This document shows, piece after piece, positions 1 to 9,868 of a DNA stretch of 64,000 bases. Below the pieces are notes generated by a model, which was given only the letters and a program-made list of their open reading frames with translations, searched no databases and had not been told where the DNA came from. The first letter of the stretch is position 1, and the number at the start of each line of letters is the position of its first letter. This stretch comes from Patescibacteria group bacterium (GTDB lineage Bacteria; Patescibacteriota; Microgenomatia; Levybacterales; UBA12049). The stretch is from positions 391,343-455,342 of the forward strand of contig BPJB01000001.1 of assembly GCA_026004395.1 (NCBI GenBank), written 5' to 3'. The translations under genes and the position numbers were made by a program.

Positions 1-813
1 TTTGCTGTAGGTACTTTGGGGACTATATTTTATCTTCTAATAAGAAGACAGTTTCTCTTTGCAATTATATTTACAGGGCTTCTTATATATGCAAACGCGC
101 GATCTGATCCACTAAATTCAAAAGAAACGGATTATCAGGCAGCAGTATATATCATGATGGCGCTTGTTTCGACTCCATTTTTACTTCTCGAACTCTACAG
201 AGATCTCAATAATGAACAAAAGATAGGACGAAATCTTATATACGGTGTGATTTTTCTGACTGTAAGTATTTATTCACTATTTTCAACAATGTTTCTTTTT
301 CAGAAATTTTTTAATCGTACATATGATAAATACATGGGTAAAGCTCCCTTAATCTATGATCGTCCAATTATTGCACCTGTTATTAATAGACTTATTGCTG
401 TTAATGAACCTGTGTGGGTAGGACCTTTTGAGTTTAAAGAACTTTTTTACATTCATGGTCGTCCTGCATCTAAGTATCATATCTTTATTCCGGGAATGGG
501 GTATTCACCTGAAATTAGAAGTGCTTTCATTGAGGAGTTAGAGAAATCAAAACCTTCAATTATTTATTTTCAAAAAAATTTCTTTATTCTGGGTAGAAGC
601 CCTGAGATGTATGGACAATTTTTCCTTGACTATCTACAAAAACATTACGTTACTTTACAGCAACTTAATGAAAATGAGAGGAGATATATCTCTCTCGTTC
701 CTGTAACTGATAAAATTGATCTAGAAACGAGACTTTATATTAGAAAAGAAAAACTTTCGTCTGTACTCGAAAAACTTATCGCCAATCAATTTGTTGCTTC
801 TGTAAATAACTAA
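1..813 (+). CDS. 5'-truncated polytopic membrane protein, probable GT-C (ArnT/PMT-like) glycosyltransferase C-terminal part
   Basis: Frame open from base 1; hydrophobic helices then a soluble C-terminal domain (ELFYIHGRPASKY...KPSIIY) typical of GT-C extracellular domains; glycan-locus context. Confidence 0.5.
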   Translation, partial: FAVGTLGTIFYLLIRRQFLFAIIFTGLLIYANARSDPLNSKETDYQAAVYIMMALVSTPFLLLELYRDLNNEQKIGRNLIYGVIFLTVSIYSLFSTMFLFQKFFNRTYDKYMGKAPLIYDRPIIAPVINRLIAVNEPVWVGPFEFKELFYIHGRPASKYHIFIPGMGYSPEIRSAFIEELEKSKPSIIYFQKNFFILGRSPEMYGQFFLDYLQKHYVTLQQLNENERRYISLVPVTDKIDLETRLYIRKEKLSSVLEKLIANQFVASVNN

Positions 814-815
814 TT

Positions 816-2843
816 ATGGACTTTTATCCACTTATCAGTTTTAAGTTTTTATTATACTTTTTAATTTTTTTAATAAGCGTTTATTTAACTTTTTATTTAC
901 CTGGTAGTGTTATTGTTTCTTTCTTAAAAATTCACTCACTCGGGATGAGGATACTTCTTCCAACTATAGTTGGTATGGTACTTTGGGGGATGCAAGGTTA
1001 TCTTTTGGGATATTTACAGCTTAGATTTTTGACATATATTTACTTATTGGTGATGATTTCTTTTGCTTATAAAAGAAATCTCTTGCTTCCAACTTATTTT
1101 TTGGATGGTTTCCTTTGGATAAGAAGAAATATTTTTCTAACTCTTCTAGTGCTTCTGGGAATAATCGTTCAACTTATCCCGGTAGTCGCATCTGGGACAA
1201 GATACCAGGAAGGAGTAAGATTTTTTGGAGTCAATGGTGTTGATGGGATAATGCATCTGGCGTTTATTCGAGGAATAATACATCGTTTTCCTCCTTTTGA
1301 GCCCGGAGCCTTTGATCATCCTCTTACTAATTATCATTATTGGTCGGATCTTATAATTTCTGAGTTAATAAGAGTATGGCATCTTCCCACATCTCATGTT
1401 TTTTTTCAGTATATGCCTATACTGCTTTCTTTGCTTACAGCGATTGCCGGATATCAAGTCATGCGATCACTCGGATTTTCGCATAATGCTGGAGTGTGGG
1501 CAATATTTTTTCTTTTTTTCGGTGGTGATGGAGCATATCTATTGATGCTTTTAGTACATAATAAATTAAGCTTTGCATCGCCTGCGATTGATAATGGTGC
1601 AACTCAATTTCTCAATATGCCCAATGCTCTGGCACGTCCTGTATTTCTCACAAGTATCATAACACTCCAATATTGGTTTAAAGAAAAAAGGTTAGTTTGG
1701 GGAATACTGATGGTACTTTTATCTGCAAGTCTTTGGGGGATTAAGGTGTATTATGGTATTTTTACAGCTATCGGTTTATCGTTGATTGTGATTGCTATGA
1801 TTGTCATAACGTTTGTGTCGATGTCAAAGAAAAAATCGTTTATTAACGCTGGTATATTTGCAGTTAAAGAAAATATCATGTTACTGTCTGTTTTGGGTCT
1901 TTTTGTCGTTGTAAGCGCTCTTATTTATTTCCCTCCCAACAAAGGAGCTGGCGGACTGAAGGTGTATCCTCTAGAATGGCCCAAGATATTTTTAGGACCG
2001 GGAGGTATCAATTGGGGTGAGTGGTGGCTTAGAAGACAGGTTTATGAACAAGCAAAAAATATAAGAAATCTACTTGTTTTAGACATCATTGCCATTTTAG
2101 TCGCAATGATATCTATTCACGGAACAAGACTAATAGGATTGTTTCTAGGAAGAAATATTTATAAGAAACTTGGTTGGAGGAATATACTTTTTTTTATTCC
2201 CGGCCTTCTCATTTTTCATGTACTGGGTTTATATACATTGCAAGAAGCAGGAGAATTTAATGTTTTTAATTTTTTTGTGGTAGGGACGGTTATTCTCAGC
2301 ATCTTCTCAGCCATGGTTGTTGAAAGGCTTTTTTATACCAAGAATCTTATTTTGGCAATAACTGCTTTTGTGGTTGTTATTCTGACAATACCACGTGTAA
2401 TTCATGAGACCATCAGTTATTTGCCAACACTAATTACTCCGAAAAATACGAGTTCTACACTTATTAGCAATGCTGAACTAGAAGGGTTAAATTTCATTAG
2501 AGAAAATACACCACAATCCGCAATTGTTCAGTCACATCCAAAAGACAATATAGATCAAGAGACTCCTTATGTTTCCTTTTTTTCTGACAGGTTTACGTAT
2601 CTTAGTGGTACTAGATTGCAAAAAACTCATAATCAGCCAGTAGAATATAGAGAAAAAGAGTTAAAGAAACTTTTTGAATCGAGAAGTTCGCCGGAATTTC
2701 ATGGAATAGCACGCAATTTAGGAATAAATGTGATTTATTTAAAGAAAAATCCTGATCAGGAATTATTTTTTGAGCGAGATAATAATCTCATCAAAAAAAT
2801 ATTCGAGAATAAAGAAGTCGTTATTTATAAAATTAATAATTAA
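816..2843 (+). CDS. Large polytopic membrane protein, GT-C-fold glycosyltransferase-like
   Basis: 675 aa with many TM helices; external loop DGIMHLAFI...PPFEP...YHYWSD; C-terminal EGLNFIRENTPQSAIV domain. Confidence 0.6.
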   Translation: MDFYPLISFKFLLYFLIFLISVYLTFYLPGSVIVSFLKIHSLGMRILLPTIVGMVLWGMQGYLLGYLQLRFLTYIYLLVMISFAYKRNLLLPTYFLDGFLWIRRNIFLTLLVLLGIIVQLIPVVASGTRYQEGVRFFGVNGVDGIMHLAFIRGIIHRFPPFEPGAFDHPLTNYHYWSDLIISELIRVWHLPTSHVFFQYMPILLSLLTAIAGYQVMRSLGFSHNAGVWAIFFLFFGGDGAYLLMLLVHNKLSFASPAIDNGATQFLNMPNALARPVFLTSIITLQYWFKEKRLVWGILMVLLSASLWGIKVYYGIFTAIGLSLIVIAMIVITFVSMSKKKSFINAGIFAVKENIMLLSVLGLFVVVSALIYFPPNKGAGGLKVYPLEWPKIFLGPGGINWGEWWLRRQVYEQAKNIRNLLVLDIIAILVAMISIHGTRLIGLFLGRNIYKKLGWRNILFFIPGLLIFHVLGLYTLQEAGEFNVFNFFVVGTVILSIFSAMVVERLFYTKNLILAITAFVVVILTIPRVIHETISYLPTLITPKNTSSTLISNAELEGLNFIRENTPQSAIVQSHPKDNIDQETPYVSFFSDRFTYLSGTRLQKTHNQPVEYREKELKKLFESRSSPEFHGIARNLGINVIYLKKNPDQELFFERDNNLIKKIFENKEVVIYKINN

Positions 2844-2893
2844 GAACATAATTTGAAGTAGTCACAACGAACGATATAGATTACAATTATTTT

Positions 2894-3658
2894 ATGAGCA
2901 CGATCTCTGTTGTTTTGGCTACATACAATGAGGAAGCAAACATTGGCAAATGCCTAGAATCGATAAAGGATCTGGCTGATGAAATTGTAATTGTTGATGG
3001 CAGTTCAGAGGATAAAACGGTTGAGATTGCAAGAGGTTTCGGAGCAAAAGTTTTCGTTACTGAAAATAATCCCAATTTTCATATTAATAAACAAAAAGCA
3101 ATTGATCAAGCTACAAAAGAATGGATTCTCCAATTAGATGCTGATGAACGTGTCTCAGAGGAGCTGAAAAAGGAAATTAGGGATAATATCAATGATCAGA
3201 AAAAAGCGATCAATGGCTATTGGATCCCTCGTAAAAACTGGTTTTTAGGACGATTTTTGCTAAAAGGAGGTCAGTATCCTGATTATACGTTGCGTCTCTA
3301 TAAGAGAGGAAAGGGAAGGCTTCCACAAAAAGATGTTCATGAACAAGCAATCGTTGATGGTGAAGTGGGGTATCTAACTCAGCCGCTCCTACACTATCCT
3401 TATCGGAATTTTTTACATTATCTTTCTAAATGGAAGAGGTATAGTTTTTTTATTGCTCATCAATTGCGTAAGGAAAAAAATATTTTTGATCCATTTCTTG
3501 CTCTTAATAATCTTATTATTTTGCCAATATATTGGTTTCTTTTGACATATATTAGGCATAAAGGGTTTATGGATTCGTGGCAGGGATTTGTTTTTTCATT
3601 CTTTTCAGCTCTTAGATTTCCTGCATCATATTTAATAGCGCTGTTTGCGAAAACATGA
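2894..3658 (+). CDS. GT2 glycosyltransferase (WaaE/LgtF-like beta-1,4-glucosyltransferase family)
   Basis: ATYNEE, VDGSSED, WILQLDADER, YPDYTLRLY, VHEQ motifs. Confidence 0.85.
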   Translation: MSTISVVLATYNEEANIGKCLESIKDLADEIVIVDGSSEDKTVEIARGFGAKVFVTENNPNFHINKQKAIDQATKEWILQLDADERVSEELKKEIRDNINDQKKAINGYWIPRKNWFLGRFLLKGGQYPDYTLRLYKRGKGRLPQKDVHEQAIVDGEVGYLTQPLLHYPYRNFLHYLSKWKRYSFFIAHQLRKEKNIFDPFLALNNLIILPIYWFLLTYIRHKGFMDSWQGFVFSFFSALRFPASYLIALFAKT

Positions 3659-5127
3659 ATAAGAAAAATGCCTTCTCACAAAAGCGATCTCTGTTATTTC
3701 TTTTTGCAATCCTTTTGTTAGGAATTATTGTTCGCTTTTATAATACTCCGGATCGTTTTGGATTTGACAAGGATCCAACTCGTGACGTGCTCATTACAAT
3801 CTATGGTGCAGAAAACTTATCTTTTCCACTAATTGGACCACATTCTGGTATTGGCTCTTTTACTTTTGGACCTTGGTATTACTACTTTTTGATAATTTTT
3901 CAGTTACTGTTTCCTTTTGATTATGCTCCGTTTTATTTTATCCCTCTATTTTCTTTATTATTTATCATTGTTATGTATTTTATTGGATTGGTGCTTCGAG
4001 ATGAAAAACTGGGTGTGATACTTGCTTTGATAGCCGCAATATCGCCTGCACAGGTTGGTCCTACTGCAGGATTAAGCAATCCTAATCTGGTAAGTGTACA
4101 TGCCGCATTAAGTATCCTAATTTTTCTTTTTTATCTGCGAAAACAGCAGCCATTATGGTTTTCTTTTGTGTGGGGAATAATTCTAGGTATAGGAATAAAT
4201 CATCATTATCAAATGTTACCTTTGCTTCTTCTTCCAGCAGTTGCATTTGCTCTCAATTTTCGGAAAGCTCTTAAAGAAATTGCTGCCCTGTTTATAGGTC
4301 TTGTTATAACCTTTCTACCTCTTTTAATTTTTAATTTTTTATCTCAGTGGCATACTTTTTGGGGGATTATTGCTTTTATTCGCGAAAGAGGCGGAGGGAT
4401 TTATATACCCAATAGTTGGAAAATATATCTTCTAAGTTTTTGGCCAACTTTTTGGTCATATGTTCTTGGTGTGCCAGTAAATATAGGTGTTTTATATGCA
4501 ATTCTTGTTGTAGGATCACATGGTTATTATTTTTTTAAAAAGAAATTATCTACTGATTATTTGTTGTTGATAGGAATATTTCTAATATTCTTTCTAGGAC
4601 TTCGTTATTATTCAGGAGCAAGAGAACACTATTATCTTTTCTTTCTTCATCCATTTTTGATGATATTTATTGGAAGTACTTTTTGGTATCTTTTTCAAAA
4701 CAGATTAACTGGAATTATTGCAGTTATTTTAATTGCTTTACAAGTTTTTTTTATTTTTCCAGAAGACTTAAAAAGATTAGATGATAGGTTAGATCATTTG
4801 ACTATTAGAAATGAGGCTAAAAGACTTATTAATAAATTTCCTTCGCTGTCTTATGCTTTATATAATTGTCAAGACATTGAGATAAATAGAGCGCAAGGAT
4901 TGGCTTTTTTCCTTTACAGGCAAAAAAAATTATCTGAGAATGGATTTAAAATAGGACTTGTCGGTCCAAACACATCGTGTCGACTTCCTCAAAATGTAAA
5001 TAAGGAGTTAATACCAAATATTCTTGATTTTTCTCAGGTTACTCCCTCAGATCTTAGCCAAAATGGGTGGAGACTTATTACTCCTAAGTCAGTATATACA
5101 ACTACTCTGGAATGGTGGAAGAAATGA
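3655..5127 (+). CDS. ArnT/PMT_2-like GT-C membrane glycosyltransferase
   Basis: FDKDPTRD first-loop acidic motif, LIGP..GI..FGPWYYY, many TMs; ATGA overlap with the upstream gene. Confidence 0.7.
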   Translation: MNKKNAFSQKRSLLFLFAILLLGIIVRFYNTPDRFGFDKDPTRDVLITIYGAENLSFPLIGPHSGIGSFTFGPWYYYFLIIFQLLFPFDYAPFYFIPLFSLLFIIVMYFIGLVLRDEKLGVILALIAAISPAQVGPTAGLSNPNLVSVHAALSILIFLFYLRKQQPLWFSFVWGIILGIGINHHYQMLPLLLLPAVAFALNFRKALKEIAALFIGLVITFLPLLIFNFLSQWHTFWGIIAFIRERGGGIYIPNSWKIYLLSFWPTFWSYVLGVPVNIGVLYAILVVGSHGYYFFKKKLSTDYLLLIGIFLIFFLGLRYYSGAREHYYLFFLHPFLMIFIGSTFWYLFQNRLTGIIAVILIALQVFFIFPEDLKRLDDRLDHLTIRNEAKRLINKFPSLSYALYNCQDIEINRAQGLAFFLYRQKKLSENGFKIGLVGPNTSCRLPQNVNKELIPNILDFSQVTPSDLSQNGWRLITPKSVYTTTLEWWKK

Positions 5128-6656
5128 AGAGAATTAAATTTTTTAGCCAAAAATTAAAAAAACAAAAATATTTATGGTTATTTTTTTACTTTCTTGCAGT
5201 TTTCTTTCCTGGCTTGATTGCTATTAAGATCTTAAGAGATGGTTCTTTTCCCTTCTGGTACGATCCAGCTCGTGATTTACTCCTTGGATTGGATAATCAT
5301 TCCAAAATAAGTCTTATTGGGCCGCCGTCTGGTATTCCGGGTATTTTTTATGGTCCATATTGGATATGGATTTTAAGTCTTGCGCTTTTTATAAGTAAAG
5401 ATCCGCGAATAATTATCTTCCTCGTACTCGTCATACCCTATTTTATTGGGATACCTTTTATACTTTTCAAATTAAGTAAGTATTTTGTAAAATTAAGCAT
5501 TTTAAGTGGATGGATATTTTTTGTTTTTTCCTTTGGGATTGGCTATAGTACCTCTGCCTGGAATCCTCATTTAGCACCGGTATTGCTTGTTTTTATGCTT
5601 TATTTTTTTCTCACTACAGAGAGAGTGCATCCCAAAAAATCAGATTATCTTAGGTGTCTGATCTTAGGAGGATTGCTTGGACTTATATTGAATTTTCATA
5701 TTTCATTAGGTATTGGATTGCTGGTGGGTATATGCTTTTACGCAGTAATTCAATTTATTAGATATTATCAAATGGAGAAATCATTTTTTTCATACTGCAA
5801 AAAAAATGCTCTTTTTTTAATTTGTTTTTTTACTGGATTATTTATAGTCTTTATTCCTTTCTTTATCTTTGAATTGCGTCATGATTTTCAACAAGTACAG
5901 ACAATATTGAGAACATTGAGTGCAAAGGGATCAGTTGTCAATGTTACAGGTCTTTCAGATGAAGCAATACTTTTTGAGTTTGCTAAGCGCTTAGCGTCAT
6001 TTCTTTTTTTGCCTTTACCAGTTGCTGGAGCAGTAATGTTATTTTATGTTTGTCTTTTAATCATAAAAATAAGAGAGTTTACAGAGAAGGAGAGATCATT
6101 GTTGACTCTTTTGGTGTTTCTTATTATAGGAATTATTGCTGTTTATCTTTCATCCAAGAATCCAGTGTGGGATTATCATTTAAGAGGTACAGAGATTATT
6201 TTTCTTTTTTTCCTTCTTTTGATGGGAAAATTCTCAGCAATTCGCTACAGTTTTTTTCTTTGGGCAATAATTGTTGTGGTTATTAATGTATTTGGTTTTA
6301 TCCAATCATTATCGCAAAATCCCTTATTACTTCCAGGATTCGCATCTAAAGCAAAAGCAGCCCAATTAATAATAGATGATGCGCAAGATAAGGAATATGT
6401 AGTATTTGCCTACAATGAATCTATCTATACATATGAATACACTTATCTTTTTAAATGGCTTGCAAATAAAAATATTCCTTTTGATCCGGGTAATAATCCT
6501 AAAAATATGGATTTGGTGTATTTGATTATTCCGCCTATTAAGTATGAGTTGCAAGAGGATTTCATCAATTTCAGAACGCAAAATGAGATTTACAAAACTA
6601 CATCGACATGGAAGATGCCTGATGGTACGTTTATACTTCGCAGAGAGCATAAATAG
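5124..6656 (+). CDS. ArnT/PMT_2-like GT-C membrane glycosyltransferase, paralog of the upstream gene
   Basis: WYDPARD, LIGPPSGIPGIFYGPYW, WNPH, FELRHDF motifs; ATG 5124 overlaps the previous stop. Confidence 0.7.
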   Translation: MKRIKFFSQKLKKQKYLWLFFYFLAVFFPGLIAIKILRDGSFPFWYDPARDLLLGLDNHSKISLIGPPSGIPGIFYGPYWIWILSLALFISKDPRIIIFLVLVIPYFIGIPFILFKLSKYFVKLSILSGWIFFVFSFGIGYSTSAWNPHLAPVLLVFMLYFFLTTERVHPKKSDYLRCLILGGLLGLILNFHISLGIGLLVGICFYAVIQFIRYYQMEKSFFSYCKKNALFLICFFTGLFIVFIPFFIFELRHDFQQVQTILRTLSAKGSVVNVTGLSDEAILFEFAKRLASFLFLPLPVAGAVMLFYVCLLIIKIREFTEKERSLLTLLVFLIIGIIAVYLSSKNPVWDYHLRGTEIIFLFFLLLMGKFSAIRYSFFLWAIIVVVINVFGFIQSLSQNPLLLPGFASKAKAAQLIIDDAQDKEYVVFAYNESIYTYEYTYLFKWLANKNIPFDPGNNPKNMDLVYLIIPPIKYELQEDFINFRTQNEIYKTTSTWKMPDGTFILRREHK

Positions 6657-6673
6657 CTAAGCTCAGTAGTATT

Positions 6674-6682
6674 TGCTACAAT
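6674..6682 (+). promoter_or_regulatory. Extended -10 promoter element for galE
   Basis: TGCTACAAT, 9 nt before ATG 6692. Confidence 0.5.
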
Positions 6683-6691
6683 TAGTTCAGT

Positions 6692-7660
6692 ATGCGATTT
6701 CTTGTTACAGGTGGTGCTGGATTTATTGGAAGTTTTATGACTAAACGCCTTCTGGATGATGGTCATGAAGTGGTAGTCCTTGATTCTCTTGAGAGAGGGA
6801 CTAGGGATGCTCTTGATCAACGCGCCTCTTTTATTGAGGGTAATCTTTTGGATACTGCATTTGTTAGGTCAATTTTTGCATCACACACCTTTGATGGTGT
6901 TTTTCATTTCGCAGCTTATATATCTATGAAAGAATCCATGGAGCGACCTGGTGCGTATTTCAGTAATAATATTTTAGGAACAGTTACTCTTTTGGATTGT
7001 ATGGTAGATGGTGGAGTCAACAAACTTATATTTTCTTCAACAGCTGGGGTATATGGTAATCCAACTGTTATTCCCATACCTGAAGATCATCCCAAAAATC
7101 CTGAAAATCCATACGGTGAGAGCAAGCTAATGGTTGAGAGAATTCTTGCTTGGTATCAAAAAATTCATCATTTAAGATATGTTGTACTTAGGTATTTTAA
7201 CGCAGCAGGAGCAGCGCTTGATGGAAGTATGGGTGAGGATCATCATCCTGAAACACATATTATTCCTCAGGCAATACAATCGCTTATCAATAAAAAGCCT
7301 TTTTTTCTTTATGGAGATGACTATGATACACCTGATGGGACCTGTATTCGCGATTATATTCATGTTATAGATCTAGTTGATGCCCATATCAGAGGCTTTG
7401 AGAAAATATCCAAAGATGAAGGCGGATATATCTATAACGTTGGTACTGGTAGAGGGTATTCCAATAAAGAGGTAATTGAGATGGTTGAGAAAGTAGCCAA
7501 TGAGAAATTAGATGTCCATATTGTTCAAAGACGTCCAGGAGATGCAGACAGGCTTGTTGCTGACGTGAGACGAATTAAAGAAGATTTGGGGTTTGTTCCT
7601 CGCTATTCAGATCTTTATACCATAGTGTCATCAGCATGGAAGTGGCACAACCGTTCCTAG
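6692..7660 (+). CDS. galE: UDP-glucose 4-epimerase
   Basis: GGAGFIGS, FSSTAGVYG, YGESK (YxxxK), LRYFNAAGA, TPDGTCIRDYIHVID, RRPGD. Confidence 0.93.
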   Translation: MRFLVTGGAGFIGSFMTKRLLDDGHEVVVLDSLERGTRDALDQRASFIEGNLLDTAFVRSIFASHTFDGVFHFAAYISMKESMERPGAYFSNNILGTVTLLDCMVDGGVNKLIFSSTAGVYGNPTVIPIPEDHPKNPENPYGESKLMVERILAWYQKIHHLRYVVLRYFNAAGAALDGSMGEDHHPETHIIPQAIQSLINKKPFFLYGDDYDTPDGTCIRDYIHVIDLVDAHIRGFEKISKDEGGYIYNVGTGRGYSNKEVIEMVEKVANEKLDVHIVQRRPGDADRLVADVRRIKEDLGFVPRYSDLYTIVSSAWKWHNRS

Positions 7661-7664
7661 GAAT

Positions 7665-8807
7665 ATGAATATTTCATATTTAAAAAAATTCCTGACCACT
7701 ATATTTCTTATATTAATTTTTGTGAATATTGGGGGTACGATTTTCTACGCAAATGGGATATATACGTCTTTTAATTACTGGGAGAGATTTCCTGCTTTGA
7801 AAAAGATGTATTACGATTCGATATATGCCAATAAAAAAGGTAAATTTATTCGTGATGAGTATGTTTATGCATTCGCCGCAGGTTCTTTACTTCAAGGAGT
7901 AAGTCCGATACTTGTCAATCCAGAACAACCACCTTTAGGTAAATATCTTATTGCAGTCTCTATTTTGCTTTTTAATAATGAAAACTTTTTTACGTTAGTT
8001 GCTGGTATTGGGTCTCTAGTTTTATTATATTTACTGGGTAAGCAAGTATTTTCATCATCCTTTCTTGCTTTGCTGCCGGTTTTACTTCTTTCATTCGAAT
8101 CTTTATATCTGAACCAATTTCTTATTACTCCGCTGTTAGATATTCTACAGCTTTTTTTTCTTTTGAGTTTTTTTCTCTTTTTTAATAAAGCCGAAAATAC
8201 ATCAGAATATAAAAAATATTTTTTTCTAGCAAATTGTATGCTAGGAGGATTTATTTCAGTTAAGTTTTTTGGTCTTGGTATTACTCTTGTTGCGGCTGCT
8301 TTAATTGTTTTATTTTTAAGAAAAAATTTGCAAAAACTTGTTTGGTATTTAGTTACTTTGCTGATTGCACCAGTGATTTTACTTTCTATGTATATCCCTG
8401 TTCTCTTTAAAGGATATCCTCTGCAGGATTTTTTAGGAATACAAAAGTGGATTTTTCTTTATAATCAAGGTCATATCACAAAATTTTTTAGCTTTTTCCC
8501 TTTATTTCTATTTAATAAATGGTATTCATGGTGGGATGCAAGTATTATGTCAGATGATCAATGGCAAATAACTTGGCCATTGTCATTTATTTCGTTTGTG
8601 ATCGTATTATTTTTCTATGCCAAATATCCTCAGTATCGCAATAAAGCATTGAATATTGTTGTCTACTGGACAATTTTTTATATTCTTATTCTTCAGATGG
8701 GCTATATGTCAGCTCGTTATTTCGTAATTCTTCTTCCAGCGTTATTTTTGATTATGATTTACTGCTTGAGAACATGTGTGGCAATGTTTTGGAAGGCAAG
8801 AAAATGA
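7665..8807 (+). CDS. PMT/GT39-like polyprenol-phosphate-sugar-dependent membrane glycosyltransferase
   Basis: DE in the first loop (RDEYVY) followed by NPEQPPLGKYLIA, resembling the Pmt HPPLGK signature; multiple TMs. Confidence 0.65.
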   Translation: MNISYLKKFLTTIFLILIFVNIGGTIFYANGIYTSFNYWERFPALKKMYYDSIYANKKGKFIRDEYVYAFAAGSLLQGVSPILVNPEQPPLGKYLIAVSILLFNNENFFTLVAGIGSLVLLYLLGKQVFSSSFLALLPVLLLSFESLYLNQFLITPLLDILQLFFLLSFFLFFNKAENTSEYKKYFFLANCMLGGFISVKFFGLGITLVAAALIVLFLRKNLQKLVWYLVTLLIAPVILLSMYIPVLFKGYPLQDFLGIQKWIFLYNQGHITKFFSFFPLFLFNKWYSWWDASIMSDDQWQITWPLSFISFVIVLFFYAKYPQYRNKALNIVVYWTIFYILILQMGYMSARYFVILLPALFLIMIYCLRTCVAMFWKARK

Positions 8808-9859
8808 AAATTGCTTTAGATATTTCACCTCTTCAGAGTGATCATAGAGTCAGAGGAGTAGGATTTTATCTTTCCCATCTTAAAGATGCACTGAAGACAT
8901 ATTATCCTGAATATTCGTATGTTTTCTTTACTAATAAAAGATCTTTAACTAGCCAGATTGATCTAGTACATTATCCATATTTTGATCCATTTTTTCTCTA
9001 TTTGCCTATCAGAAAAAGATTGCCAACAGTTATAACTGTACATGATTTGATCCCAATTAAATTTTCTTCCCATTTCCCCTCAGGTCTTAGAGGAATGATT
9101 TGTTGGCAGATTAATAAGCAAATTCTTAGAAAAGCTGATGCAATAATTGTTGACTCTAAGTCTTCAAAAAAAGACGTAATTAATTTGGTAGGCATTCCTG
9201 AACGATTAATACATGTTGTCTATTTAGCAGCTGGAGAGGAGTTTAGAAAATTGAGTAAGGGAAGGTGGGAGGTGCAACTTAGACAAAAGTATAATCTCCC
9301 CGACTCCTTTGCTTTATATGTTGGAGATGTCACCTGGAATAAAAATCTACCGCGTATTATACAAGCTTCTTTGAAGGCAAATATTCCTCTTGTTCTGGTG
9401 GGAAAATCCATTGTTCAGGAATCTTTTGATAAAAATCATCCTTGGAATCAAGATCTGGTAAAAGTAAAAGAGCTTCTTCTGAGATCTCCATCCGTTCAGA
9501 CGCTGGGATTTGTTCCTGATTTGGATTTGGTAGCTCTGATGAATTTGGCTAGGATGCTTGTTATGCCATCTCTTTATGAGGGTTTTGGACTTCCAGTAGT
9601 TGAGGCTATGCAATGTGGCACTCCCGTGATCACGTCCAAAGAAGGATCACTTCCAGAAGTAGGAGGAGATGCTGTGTATTATGTTGACGCTTATCATGAA
9701 GATGCAATAGCAAAAGGGATGAGAGAAGTTTTTAATAATCCCAAACTTCAGTATGAGCTAAGTACAAAAGGACTTAAAAGGTCGAAAATATTTTCTTGGC
9801 AGAAAACAGCAGAGGAAACATTAAAAATTTATAATCAAATAATAAAATCAGCACGATAA
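8804..9859 (+). CDS. GT4 glycosyltransferase (MtfB/WbpY-like)
   Basis: [34 protein letters not shown]; ATGA overlap at 8804. Confidence 0.9.
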   Translation: MKIALDISPLQSDHRVRGVGFYLSHLKDALKTYYPEYSYVFFTNKRSLTSQIDLVHYPYFDPFFLYLPIRKRLPTVITVHDLIPIKFSSHFPSGLRGMICWQINKQILRKADAIIVDSKSSKKDVINLVGIPERLIHVVYLAAGEEFRKLSKGRWEVQLRQKYNLPDSFALYVGDVTWNKNLPRIIQASLKANIPLVLVGKSIVQESFDKNHPWNQDLVKVKELLLRSPSVQTLGFVPDLDLVALMNLARMLVMPSLYEGFGLPVVEAMQCGTPVITSKEGSLPEVGGDAVYYVDAYHEDAIAKGMREVFNNPKLQYELSTKGLKRSKIFSWQKTAEETLKIYNQIIKSAR

Positions 9860-9868
9860 TCTAGTTAT

